A DNA stretch of 63,988 nt, the filler included, from Pelomyxa schiedti (lineage: Eukaryota > Protista > Evosea), in NCBI GenBank assembly GCA_020536535.1. It is 6 parts of 6 records of this genome, joined end to end, with 100 filler letters (N's around TTAATTAATTAA, not from the genome) between each part and the next. Parts side by side here need not be neighbours in the genome. Positions count along the whole stretch, not along the records: positions 25,568 to 48,158 come from JAHLWZ010000712.1; 5 more parts are not named here. One strand, written 5' to 3'. Below are positions 25,568 through 38,500 of the stretch, in pieces. The translations under genes and the position numbers were made by a program. Below the pieces are notes generated by a model that made no database searches, was not told the DNA's origin, and worked only from the letters and a program-made list of their open reading frames with translations. How positions within the stretch are numbered: the first letter of the stretch is position 1; each line of letters starts with the position of its first letter.

Positions 25568-27502
25568 CTCTGGGGTGTGGTCGGTATAGTGCTCACAACT
25601 GGCAACAACTTTGGCCTCCAGCTTGGTAGACATTTGTTCACTCAACTCAACTGTGAGCTGTTGTTGCTTTGCTTCCAACTGTGCCCTCAGTTCACTGTTC
25701 AACGCACGCTCTGTTGTCAAGGTCTTCTCAAGTTGCACCACTCTCTCTTTCAGTGCTTTTATTGAGAAGGCCCTTCCACCACTCCCTTGAACTTCAGTTG
25801 GCTGAAGGTTGTATTGCACTGATGCAAAATCGTTGCCATCAAGGATCTCCTTGAGTACTTGGATGTTGATGTGATGGGTGATGTTCTTTGCTGAGAGGCA
25901 TGGTGTCATTGCACCTGATGACACAAGCTGTCTGCACTCACAAAGTGTTTCCTTCAGCTTCTTGTCTGCTGCAACCAGGCTCACAACGTCATTGGACTTG
26001 GTGATTTCGTGTGCTCTCGTTATTGTTCTTTGGTGTGTTGACATGCACACCTCAAGGCACTCTTTGTGTTCTTTCACATGTGATTCTGTCACTTTGGTGA
26101 GCCGTATGAAAAGGTGAGAAAGAGAGGGAACATACCGATAAACGAGGAAAGCAAAGTGCAGTCTGAGACTACATTGCCCACCTGCTGTTTCATGGAACGC
26201 AAAATTGAGTCAGTCTCTGTCTCAATATTGGAGACAATTGAGTGAAGAGTTTTGTCAGACTCCAAAATGGAAGCCTCACATCTCTTTATTGCTTCACTTT
26301 CAAGTGCAACAGTTTCCTCAATCTTGGAAACCGAACCTAGTACAGGGCAGAAAGGAGAACCGTTTAGTCATACTCCCACATGGCTTTGGAATTACACACC
26401 CAAAATGGATTCACGGACTTGAGTTCCAATTTCTTCAAGTGGGACACACTTGTGAGTGGAATGCAAAGAACTGACGTGGCACAAATAACATATTGGTTCA
26501 TTGTCCTCCACACAGAACAGATCGAGGTCCTTCTTTGGGTGTTTGGGGCACTTGTGTTCCTCAGTGACTTCCAATGTGGGGATTGGTTCACCCTGGACCA
26601 GGAGTTACAAACTAACTAAAGGTAATTGGAACGAATGATAACCTTGTGAGACTTGAGTCCAGGTGCTTTATGACGAATTTGGAAGCACGACTCACAGAAC
26701 AACATCCCTTTGCACCGTGGGCAAGTCAACGTTGCTTTCCTGGCAACTGAATTTTCATCCATGCAATTGCCGAACATGCACAGTCCTTCCTCTGGCTCCT
26801 AAAGGAAAAAAGAGAGTAGAATACATGGGTGAGTGAAAGTAACAGACAACATGTGTTGGAACGCGTTGGAACACACCTCCTCTTTTTCTTTCATCACCTG
26901 GAGCATGTAATCACGAGTAGGGATATCAGGGATGAGCATTGACACATCAGGCACCCTCGTTGATGTTGCCCCACACCCCGCAACTGGGCATTCAACACTC
27001 ACAAAAGAACAGTCACCGTCATTCAGTACTTCACATCTATTATTGCTTGACTTGTGGGTGGTGGTCCCTGTTTTTGATTGGGCATTTGGTTTAGCTCTTT
27101 TGTTAAAATGTTTAATTAATTTTTAATATCAAGTAGTAGTAACATTCAGAGCGTGAAACCGCAACCTGGCTGAGAGGCCGTTTCCCCCGCTGGATTTTCA
27201 CTGGAAGATGCATCTTCTCTATCCTGGTTGGAACCACTCGTGGTGGTGGTGCTGGTGGACAGGGGCACCGAGTGCACGGACAGCGGGGCGTGCTCACGCA
27301 ACGTTGTGAGGGTGGCCACGGACGCGATGTGGCGGTAGCACCCACGGCACACAACGTGCCCACACGACGACGAAGACGACGTAGACGACGCGGAGGATGC
27401 AGCTGATTTGGAAGCGGGGAAAAACACGGGATCAGTTATGGGACACCCGAGCCCACTACATACAGCGCACTGTGGTGACGGAGACGCCTGCTCCGACGAC
27501 AT
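25568..27502 (-). CDS. TRIM/RBCC-like protein: RING, B-box1, B-box2, coiled coil; 3' end cut by gap
   Basis: CAVC..CGHVVCRGC..CPVAGC (RING); C..C..CPRC..FCESCFQIRH..H (B-box1); CPKHPKKDLDLFCVEDNEPICYLCHVSSLHSTH (B-box2); helical heptad-rich exons follow. Confidence 0.85.
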
Positions 27503-27771
27503 TATTATCCGTTTGATTTATGATTCGTTTTTTAGTTGAAGCCATTTCGTTTGAAGTGTTGGGGCCCAACACACCTGGCTGTAAATTTGAATAGAGGCAC
27601 TGGGCATTTTCAATGCATACATCCTCTAGCATGGCGTGCTGAAGCTGCGTGAGGTGGAGCTTCTTCCGTACTTGTTTGTCCATAACAAACAAGCCTATTT
27701 ATGGCCCGGCCAGTGCTCCCAATGGCGTTCAGGTAGTACACAAGGGACAAGGAAAAGAAGAAGAAGTGTGT

Positions 27772-28938
27772 TCACATGAACATGGCTGTTTCTGGCCTCA
27801 GTTTGCAACGGCAGAGGGTCAAACCTGTTTGGGCATCAATCACGGCTCTCCACTCATCAGATACAGGGCCAAGAAAGAGGTCCCTGTTCATGAGGCTCTC
27901 ATCCAGGTCTGTCTCACAAGGCACTGTGGCAGGGAGGTTCACTTGACCTGTGAAAACGTCGAATGGAGTATTCCCCACATTAACAAGCCTGTCAGAGAAC
28001 TTCCAGGAATCCCTGAAACTGTCACACAGCTTGCTTGTCTGAGCAGTGTTCACATCAAAGGAGTACGTGGCGCGGCGTTCTGGAACCAGAAATACCACCT
28101 TTACATTTCTTCCACTGTCATCCACAAACAGATAAGGCAAGCAGAGTGAACCCCACAGTGTTGCGCAGATTCTCTCCTTCACCACCACCAGTGATCCTGT
28201 GGAGATAGTCTTTCCCAAGTCAACGGTCAGCAGTCTCCTCTCATTCTCCCTTGACACCAGCACCAAGGCCTCATTGCCTTCTGCAATCAGAGAAGGCTCT
28301 GTGCAAGAGAACACAACATCCAGCTCAGGTGGTGTCACTGAGGAGTCTCCAAAAGGAAATATGCACCAGAGAAGCCGAGAAGGTGGGAGTTTGGCGGGTT
28401 TGGGATTCCCAAACCGGAATAACAGGTCAAGATTGAGGATCTGGATTTCTGGGCATTCTGGAACCCACAAAACGGCCCATTTGTTGTTGCCCCAGTAGCG
28501 ATCTGATAATGAATACGGGAATGTGATCCCATTATCCTTAAACTCCAGGTGCGCCATGTCCATTACCGCGACGCGGGGTGGGCCAAATTCGTGGTGCAAC
28601 GTCAGTGCATGATCACAGCCCATCCAGCACAACACGAAGAGATTTGGGGGCGCCCACACACAAGGGCTCTCGACGTCACCCACAATTCCCAGTGTCGAGC
28701 CAACGGACACGACCCTCCCGAAAACGCCGCGGCCACCAGCGATGAAACGCCTTACGGGCTTCAAGACCCAACGCTCGCCAATGAGCCTCACAACGTCGTT
28801 TGTGAGACAAGCAGGAGCGCGTTTCGGGATTGTGGGTGGAGGGCACAGTGCGAGACACATGGCAACAAATTGGCTGCGTGCGTCAATAACTTTTTCAACC
28901 CGAAAGTGTTCTATCAACATCCCCTCGTGCCAACTCAT
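27772..28938 (-). CDS. Intronless hypothetical protein, lineage-specific family
   Basis: 388-aa ORF with DARSQFVAMCLA, IGERWV, VGSTLGIV, GNNKWAV, VIDAQTG. Confidence 0.8.
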   Translation of the reverse strand: MSWHEGMLIEHFRVEKVIDARSQFVAMCLALCPPPTIPKRAPACLTNDVVRLIGERWVLKPVRRFIAGGRGVFGRVVSVGSTLGIVGDVESPCVWAPPNLFVLCWMGCDHALTLHHEFGPPRVAVMDMAHLEFKDNGITFPYSLSDRYWGNNKWAVLWVPECPEIQILNLDLLFRFGNPKPAKLPPSRLLWCIFPFGDSSVTPPELDVVFSCTEPSLIAEGNEALVLVSRENERRLLTVDLGKTISTGSLVVVKERICATLWGSLCLPYLFVDDSGRNVKVVFLVPERRATYSFDVNTAQTSKLCDSFRDSWKFSDRLVNVGNTPFDVFTGQVNLPATVPCETDLDESLMNRDLFLGPVSDEWRAVIDAQTGLTLCRCKLRPETAMFM

Positions 28939-29078
28939 TTGATTTTATGGTTTTTTTGGTTTTAGAAACCCTTCACAGAACCATCAGAAAGGTGGTGTGA
29001 GTCTGGTTCAAAGTCACTCCTTTGTTGGCAAATTTCTCAGGTTTGTGTGTCGTCGATCACCAGTCACTTGCATTTTGT

Positions 29079-30272
29079 TCACCAGAATGGAAGGTATTGA
29101 TGTTGAATGGCGATGGGCATAACAGCTTCAGAAAGAGGAGCCTTGATTGTGATGTATGTGAATCCACAGGAGGGGTCAACAAGGTACATTGTGGCTGCAT
29201 TATAAGGCACAACAGCAAGTAAGTCACCAGCCCGAAACAACCACACCTCTTTTGGCAGGGTGAGTGGAACGTGTGGTCCGGCCAAATCCTTCAGGTTCCA
29301 CACTTCTGCTGAGCCCATTTCTGGTTGGACAATCAGGAAAGAGTCCAGCATTGTGAATGTGGACCCTGGAACTGTGGGGATTTCGTAAATCACACAGGAC
29401 CTATCTGCTGCGAACACTGATTCCTTCCTGGTTCTACTATTGTGCAGGATACCAACCACAGTGTGAGTATCCCAGATGCACACCGCTGTGGTTATTGAGG
29501 TGTCCACTGGCTCTGGTACACTCATGGAATCCACCACACACCAGCCCTTGTTGACAAATGACTGCTTCACATCAACCAGCTGGCACAGAACTCTGGAGTG
29601 GTATGTCCTGGACTCAACAGCCAACATGTCCCTCCCCACAAACCTCATAGTAACAAAGTCATATTTCGCAAACTGAGTAACCTTGGCCATCCCCTTGAGC
29701 ACATCAGCACCACTTGCACTAGTGTCCACTCGCGCTATCCAAACCTCGCTCTCCTTTGACAACATTGCGGCCCAGTTTCCATTGCACACAGACTTATCCA
29801 CCAGTACACAGACCCCACCAGTGTCCCACAGCACACCATCATGACCAACCACCGACCTTCCTCCCCCACACCCTGTTTTCTCAAGCCACCCCTCAGCACA
29901 CCCGCACAGCTTTGGTGACCCAATGACACCGAGTGTGATGGGTGACACCTCAACCATGATAGAGGCAGTTACCACGTTGAGAACAACAAGCACAGACGCC
30001 GGCGGTGACAGCAGCGGTTCGAATTCTCGCACCAGCTGATGGCGATGACGGCGCCCTCGCAGCCAGTCGTCGACTATGAGCCTGACAATTGGCGGGCAGT
30101 ACGACAGGAGCCTGGCCGCGCTTCCGGCCCCACATCGGCTGTTTGTGGCACCAACAACGAACGAGAGCACCTGCTCGTTCCATGAGAGTGTCACCTCGCA
30201 CGACCACCTCTTCCCCAGTCGGTGTTCTATGCTTTCGTGCCTTTCTGCTGTAGTGTAATCACTTCTGTTCAT
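29079..30272 (-). CDS. Intronless hypothetical protein, lineage-specific family
   Basis: ORF from MNRSDY with EQVLSFVVG..RCGAGSAAR..DDWL, VSPITLGVI, CNGNWAA, LVDPSCG. Confidence 0.78.
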   Translation of the reverse strand: MNRSDYTTAERHESIEHRLGKRWSCEVTLSWNEQVLSFVVGATNSRCGAGSAARLLSYCPPIVRLIVDDWLRGRRHRHQLVREFEPLLSPPASVLVVLNVVTASIMVEVSPITLGVIGSPKLCGCAEGWLEKTGCGGGRSVVGHDGVLWDTGGVCVLVDKSVCNGNWAAMLSKESEVWIARVDTSASGADVLKGMAKVTQFAKYDFVTMRFVGRDMLAVESRTYHSRVLCQLVDVKQSFVNKGWCVVDSMSVPEPVDTSITTAVCIWDTHTVVGILHNSRTRKESVFAADRSCVIYEIPTVPGSTFTMLDSFLIVQPEMGSAEVWNLKDLAGPHVPLTLPKEVWLFRAGDLLAVVPYNAATMYLVDPSCGFTYITIKAPLSEAVMPIAIQHQYLPFW

Positions 30273-30524
30273 AGTCTTTGTGTACTCACTGTCTTTTTTT
30301 TCTTTTGATACGAAAATAAAATGAAGCGATGGCGAATAGAGGATTAAAAAGAAAGAAAAGCAAAACAAGTTACCAAGATAGGGAGTTCTGGTTTATTCTT
30401 CAATTGCTTGAATTCAAAACAGACAAAAAGTGGTATACCCTCATTTTGTACACTTCACGTTTGGGGGTGGTGGTGACTTTACAAAACTGTGATAATGTTG
30501 CCGGCTTGTAATGATACTACTGTA

Positions 30525-32923
30525 CTAGTTACTGAGCGCAACGCACGCGGGCGTTGCGGGCTGGCAGGGTGAGGTGAAGAACTTCCTGTGGAATTTATTG
30601 CACACAAGAGGCCTTATGTCATTCGCACTGTGTAGTGTGCGAAGGAAAGGCAGTAGTGTGAGCAATTCAACATCGGAAGTACTTCCCACCCAGCTAGTAA
30701 TCGGTATTCCGTTATCAACCTTCCAAATGTGAGCCATACAGTATCGCTAGGGGAAGTCCTACCTGATACGCATACACATAGGATGAATTGTCGATAATAG
30801 CGGTTTTGGTGAGGTCCCTATTGAGGACCCGGAGGTCCTTCAGCAGGAAACCCTCGGCATTGACGCAATGTGGCCGGAATACTTGATGCCTGTAGGATGT
30901 TAAAGAGGGAGTACAGTGAAAGAGGGTATACTTGATAAACTCATGATCCGGATCAATGTTATTGACCACAGTTTCTGCGTACACCCTCTGAGAAGCAGTG
31001 AAAACCACAACCTCGAACAGGTGTGCGACTTCTCTCAGGAATGTTTCGAGATGTGGCCTGGTATAAACGTACACGTGTGTGATGTTACTATCGCTGTTGG
31101 CCTCGAGTATTTGTGGCTGTAGTGTGTTGACGTTGGTGATGAGAGACGCAATTCCGCTGCCGTCGATGCTCAGGTCAAATTCGAAAGCTGGGGCCGCAGT
31201 TGTGATAGAAGGTGGTAGTGGCTGCGTTGAACAATGGACCAGTGTCTCGTCCTGAATGATATTATAAGAAAACAAAGCGGGATTGTTGGAATTAATACCA
31301 TATCGAGAACTAGAGTTACTTTAGGAGACCCAGGCATCTTGGGAGGTATCGCCGGAAATCCCAGGCGGGCCATGGGTGGTGGAGGGTAAAGTTGCAAAAA
31401 TTTGATAAGGTTTGGATCCTGCTTTTGAGTGCAGTGGATCTCCCAGTGGTCGAGTCTTTTGAAAGAAGTAGGGGATGCTATAGACGGGCATTGAAAAGAT
31501 GGTAGCTCCCACTCCAGGTCGTAGTTTCCGGCGACATCGTAACCAACCTCAGAAACTCCCACCTCCCAGCTGGGAGAAGAATCGTTATGAGGAAGGACTG
31601 GTGTTCTGCAGGTATTGTCATCGTCAGAGTCCACAATGAACTCAGCAGAAGATGTAGCAGCATAAAACATTCCATCTTCTTCAGGTTCATCTTCCTCCTC
31701 TTCCTCGCTGGAGGAGGAAGTTATGATTCCGGCATTAGGCGGCAGAGCAAGTGCCGTTTGGTTCTGCCCTGGCTTTCCTGTTTTTTCTAACGGAAATTAG
31801 ACAGGCAACATGAACACAACATTCTAACCTGCGCTATTTGGTAAAAACAGATCCATTATCCAAGCCATTGGTGGTACTAATTCACGCAAAGTCATATCAG
31901 TCGAACTGGGAGGTGCAGATACAGGAGTCCCAGTTATAGAAGTAGTGGTACTGTTGAAGTCAGAGAGCAAGTTCCTGACGATTCTAACAGGAAGTGCCTC
32001 TTCCTCCTCCTCTTCTTCCGCGAAGTCTTCAGCCTGCACGTGGCCCTGGCAACTCCACTCTGAGCGAGATTCGCCCAAGTGAACATCTCTGGCGTCTGTG
32101 TCAGCGACACTGTTGGCAGAGTCGGAAAGGCTATCCACGTGGTCCGCATCACCCCCGCTTTCGTTATCGTTATCGTTGTCTTCCACTTCGCACTATGTTA
32201 AAACCAGTTAGATCTTGCACATCTTGGGGGGTGGGTATTATAATTAAATAAAATAGTGTCAACGAGATCACGATATAAAACCGAAAACATAAACGCCGGG
32301 GAATTAATTATGTCACAAAAGAGGGGGTGACATGCCAACGACGCCGGATTCTTATTCTGCGAATCCTCAGCACATAAATTACGTTGAGACGAAATTGCTT
32401 GTTGCTGTTGTTGGTGATCTTCATATTGTTGCTGCTGTTGTTGGTGATGGTGCCTGTGATTGTGACCGTGGTTGTGAACGTGACCGTGATTCCCGTTGGC
32501 ATTGTTGTGAGCGTGGTTGCGTCGCAACTCGTGGTCGTGATTCTGGGTGTTGTTATCTCTTCGCTGTGTCTTTGTCCTCGGCCTGCCCCTCTGCTGCTGC
32601 CACTGTTGCTGTTGCTGTTGCTGCGGCAGCATCATCAACATCTCCTGTGGTTGTTGTTGTTGCTGCTGCTGCTGAGACTGCTGCTGCAGCTTGGCAGCCT
32701 CCTCGGCCAGCGCCGACAGCGGCGTCGTGGGCCTGGGCCTCTTGCGGTGGTGGGTGCCGTCGCCGGACGGGGTGCACGCCGCTCGCGGCGTCTTGTGCAC
32801 CGGAGCCCTCGGCGCCGTCGCTGTAGCCGTCGCGTTGGTCGCGGAGGCCAGAAGAGACGCGTCGATGTGGAGGAGACGCTCCGTGGTGGCGACGTCACGA
32901 TGTTCACACATTTTGTGTTGCAT
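30525..32923 (-). CDS. FCP1/SCP-family (NIF domain) CTD small phosphatase-like protein with Gln/His-rich N-terminus
   Basis: Spliced TLVLDM|DETLVHCS (DxDxT), RPHLETFL..FEVVVFTASQRVYAE, KDLRVLNRDLTKTAIIDNS, NGIPITSW..DVELL. Confidence 0.88.
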
Positions 32924-33512
32924 GATGATGTCGGTTATATATTGCTGGCTTGATTGATTGCTCGTCTTAATGTACGTCTTTTTTTTTTTCGTATGACTCT
33001 ACACACAACAACTGTACCGCCCTTCACGTGCAATAATTAATTTGTTTTTTGTTTTAATTATCTTTTCACGGTGCAGACCTTTCCACAGAAAAGTAAATCA
33101 CGTTTCGTGGACGAAACTGAAAATATCTTCCGGTAAACGGGTCCCGAAAACCCCTTCGCACCTGAGAACCAAAGTTGGTCTATGTTTGAGTTTGCGTAAA
33201 AACCTGGTTTTGTCCAACCGTTCAGAGGTGACGCGGCACTTACCTTCCATTTGCATACAACGGCTCTTCGGTGGTTGTGCTTGTGGGATTTTGTTTTTGT
33301 ACCAAACAGGTGAAATGGACCTTTTTGGTTGCGTGTGTGGAACTTGGTCCATTGTTTGTTTGTGTTTGGTAAAGCAATAGTAAGTGTGGATTGAAAGAAT
33401 TGTGGAGCGCTAAGTAGCACTTTTTGTATAGACAAACAGACACACCACAATGACAACGAAAAAGGCACCCAATGTACAACGAGTGTCACGCTTGGCTTCC
33501 GGGAATCCCCAC

Positions 33513-34171
<659 letters not shown>

Positions 34172-34716
34172 ACTGTCTTTCTCTTTCGCGTGCGGTAATG
34201 TTGTGTCGGTAGTGTGTCGGTAGCTTGTTTGTTGTTTGTTAAAAAAAATAAAGTTGGGGGGCGAAAAGTCAGAACTTTCTTTGTGTTTAGCAACTGCAGA
34301 TTCCTTCAGAGGATCTCTGAGGCAGGAACCTAGCCTGGCTCCCAACGTGCAGCACGCCCGCTGTAGTCCTCCCATTACCTGAGTGAGAACGGGCAAATAG
34401 AAACATCAGAACATCATGGAGGTTGTTGTGTGATCAAGTGAAAACTTGATCAATTCGCAAGAAAACTTACAATATTTTCCGGGGTGGTGCCGAGCGCTAC
34501 CAACATCAACAGTCTTCCTCAAAAAAAGAAAACAAGAAAAAAACAGGTACCTAAGTTCCCATCGCTTTTTTTTTTTTTTTCATCACTAACACCAAACGCC
34601 TTTTTTTTTTTTTGTCGCCTCCACAGGCGGTTTTTTTTCGCTTTTTTGTTTTCTCTTCCCTCTGTACAGTACAACACCATTATTATTTATATTGGAGGTT
34701 TATTCGTTTTTGTACA

Positions 34717-35735
34717 ATGGGCAACCACAAGTCACGCCCAGCGAAACCAGCAAAAACAGCTACGCCGTCGTCCACCCCAAAACCACGCAAACTGAGCCCC
34801 TCTGCTGTTATTATACCCCCATGCACCCTGTATAAGTCCAGGGCGTGGGACGAGACCGCTGTGCGAAAGCTCATTGCAAGCAGGGTACTGAGCCCGGCCT
34901 TTGTTGGTGATGCAAACAAGACTCCTGACAGTGAAGAGTGCCCGATTTGCTTTTTGGTGTGTAAGCTTCTTCGGCCGTAGTATCAATTATTATTATTAAT
35001 ACACTTGGTTAACTTTGGCTGCTTATTAACTGTAGAAGCTTGGGGGTTTGTTTTCTTTAACCGGCATTCGTAGAATTATACTGGAGGTCTAAATAGAACG
35101 CTGTGCTGCAAGCAGGCTATATGTACAGGTAAAGTGGCTTCCTCCCTTAGCGAAATCTTACATGCGCCATAGAATGCCTTTTGCAAACTCATCCACAGTT
35201 TGTTACAACATCAACCCTTACGTAGTTCACCTTTTTTTCCCGCTTCCACTGACAAAATAAAGTTGTCCAATTTGCCGGCATGGTATGATTGTAAAATACA
35301 CTGGTCCCCTATCAAAAGAAGAGCGCGCTGCTATGGAACTTGTACATTTTCCCCAAAATCCTTTTTTGACACAGCCGTAACTGTAACCCTTAATCCCACA
35401 CCCAGGAAGACAAGAAGGTTCATGACTTGGAAGAGAAAATGCGAATGGAAGAGATAGAACGGGATAGGGAACGAGAAGCAGCCAGGAAATCCATGCCTAC
35501 TTCAGTACCAACAACACCCCCACCACCCCCGCCTCCACCTCCCCCTCCTGCTCACTTAGGTATGGCATTTCTGTCACAAACATACATATAACTAACTATA
35601 TTTATCATACTCATAAAAGATTTGAACAATGAGGATGCTATGATGGCGGAGGCAATACGGCTCAGCCTTGTGGATGCTTATCAGGAACAGTATGGTGCTA
35701 TTCCAGGGGGTGGGGGTGCTGGTGGAGGCAGCTGA
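34717..35735 (+). CDS. Sip5/DA2/GW2-like RING protein with N-myristoylation motif and C-terminal UIM-like motif
   Basis: MGNHKS start; WDETAVRKLI..LSP; EECPICFL|NY..LNRTLCCKQAICTECLLQ; EDAMMAEAIRLSL. Confidence 0.8.
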
Positions 35736-36360
35736 GAGAACATACACTCACTTGCATATTCCCTTTTTGTAATTTGAAATACCTTTTGTAATTTACTAAG
35801 ACAAGTATTTGTGTTTCCCTCGTGCGCATGACCACAGCAATATGACTATGTGGGGTAGTGATATTATTCCAAAAGATCATCCCACAACATACTACAAACC
35901 CTACAGGCACTTGACATTGGAGTATTCACCTGGTAGTGTATCCTTCTGATCCTGCGTTGCTTGTTTCCCTCAGTAAACAACATCGGGGAAAGGAGCAATA
36001 CGGGGTTGGGAGAAATATGCTAGTAGGTGTTGGTCCCCAATTCAAGCAGGATTTCCTACGGAAGAAGAGTGATGGGACAGCAAGAACCACCACTTCTCTA
36101 CCTCCTCCGGTGAGGGCAGGGGAGTGGTGTCATTGGTGGTGGATTCTGTCCACTCTCAGTTCTTGAAGGGGAAAAAAGGAGACCAATTTTCAGACTTCAT
36201 TTCTACATCAAAAATAAAAGATCTCGAGCATCAACCGACCCCGTCACTTTAGTCCGGCGTAACGTCGTTTTGTTCGCAACTAGGCGATCTAGATCCGCTG
36301 GCCCTTTGTACAATCCTCCTTTGGTCAACAATAAAGAAATAAAAAACGGCGACCGCAACG

Positions 36361-38263
36361 ATGTTATCGGGACCGCATCCTGTCCTCCCGTACAGGTTAT
36401 TCTTTGTTAACGTATTATTATCCGTGCTCTACGTGGTGTTTTTGTGTCGCCGACACCTTTTTTTTTTTCCCCCTTTGCTCCGTTATTCTTGCGTAACCTT
36501 GATTCTTGCAGCACTGACAAGTTTCAAGGGTCTATTGACCCTGCTTTTCGTCCACGCCCTGCACCCGAAGCCGAGATCACGTTCTCGGCTTCCACACCAC
36601 CTCGCCCAATTAAGGAAGTATCACGCGAGACACCCAAGATAATCCCAATACAAAACCTCTATCCGCCTCCCACTGTCACTTCACCGCTACTCCCCTCTTC
36701 TCCCCGCGCTCAGCTTCTACAGTCCCCACGAAATGACTTCAAGTCACCCAGAAATGATATGTTGAAGTCTCCCAGAGATACATCTAGCACATCTGGAACA
36801 ATGCTTCTCCTTACTCCACAAGCCTGCCGCACTCTTACAACTTGTGAGCTGCGGGACCAGTTGAATCTCATTCCACCGGTCTGTAATCTGAAAGGTTCAA
36901 ACTCAGCGCCGCCTATCACATCTCGTTCTACTTCGCCTCTTAATGCCAGCTCAACTGCAGTCTTACCCACACCTACCCCAAGCAACGCACCACCGGTTTG
37001 TATCACAACCACTCTTCGTACCGAGGAAACCAACAATTAACTCTCCATTCAGGATCCTGATATGAACAAGCCTTGCACATCAACTTACAACCACTGCAAC
37101 GTGAATACATCAAATACTCCCCCCCCGCAACCACCGTTGTCCCTCATGAGCACACCACGGTCATCACCATTGCACCCATTGCTTTCTCTCACCCAAAACA
37201 CCTATGTTCACTCCTCTCCCGCACAACCAAGTTCGATCTTGTCTCCACGTGATAGTGCCGCACTGGCCCTTCTATACTCTTTGAATGCAAATACTACTAT
37301 GAATGGAGGCACAAACAACCAGAGCAATCCAAGTTTCAATAGCTTTGTGACAGCTCCAAGTACTAATTCAATTCCCTATTCCAGTCCAACTTCCATGTAA
37401 GGCTGATTGATTTTACCAAAACCCTAACTCTTTCTAGTGCAACACCAACTCCAGTGATCACACAAACATCTGTGAACCCCACCCCAACTACTCCAACAAA
37501 AGACACGATTTATGCAGCAGGTGGCTACAGCAACTCACCGGCCGCTGCAACACTCCCTACGCCGGCATCCCTTGGAATATCTGTTTCACAACCCCAAAAC
37601 AACACATCATCAGGCACAGAAATGCCGCAACCCACAACACCACTCAAGCATAGACCTGTCCCTCCCGCTTCTTCTCACACTCAAGTAGCAATCGGGCACT
37701 CCCCGACCGTCAAAATCACCCGCAAAGCACAACAAAACAGCCCTAAACTCACCTCCACACCAGACAACAACCGATCACCATCACCGGAGTCACCTATCCT
37801 CCAGTCATCCGCACCCATCAGCATCCCAGCATCTAACGCACCCACCCACCCGCAGCGCCGCCACAGCACCGGTACCAAGTTCAACGGTGCCCACTACAAC
37901 TCCGCGGCCTTTGCGGATCCACTGTACCAAGCCTACACCGCCAACCCACAGCTCTACTTTGGCTCACCACCAACCCACCTCACACTAGGCTCCCCGCCAC
38001 CCCTGATCGCATTCGGCTCTCCGCCGCAGCACACGCCACACTGGGGCCTCACACCCGAAATGCACAACAACCACAACAGCCACAGCCACAGCCCGCACCA
38101 CTTCCCCAAGTCCGCCGCACACAAGCCTCCATCAAACAACAACTCCACAACCACCAATGACACCCCCGGTGGTGGTGGTACAAACAAGGGTGTCACATGT
38201 TCCTCCGCCACTGTCACTGTTTCACTCCACCAACAACAATCCACAAGTGAGCAGCCACCATGA
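36361..38263 (+). CDS. Pro/Ser/Thr-rich disordered hypothetical protein (many SP/SPR sites)
   Basis: Three long consecutive + ORFs separated by short introns. Confidence 0.6.
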
Positions 38264-38500
38264 ATGACAATGACCGAGGATTACCTTACCGTACATCACT
38301 AAACACTGCCTCCCTTGATTGACTGACTGATTGGTTGCCTGAATGAATGCCTCCCTGACTACCACATTACCCGCATCATGTCAACCACGTGCTTTATGGC
38401 GAAAAATAAAACGACGCAGTGTTTAGTACCACAACACCTTCTTTATTCCGAGAATGGCTGAAATATCCCCCGGGAGAGAAACGGTTCAGTTTTTGAAACG

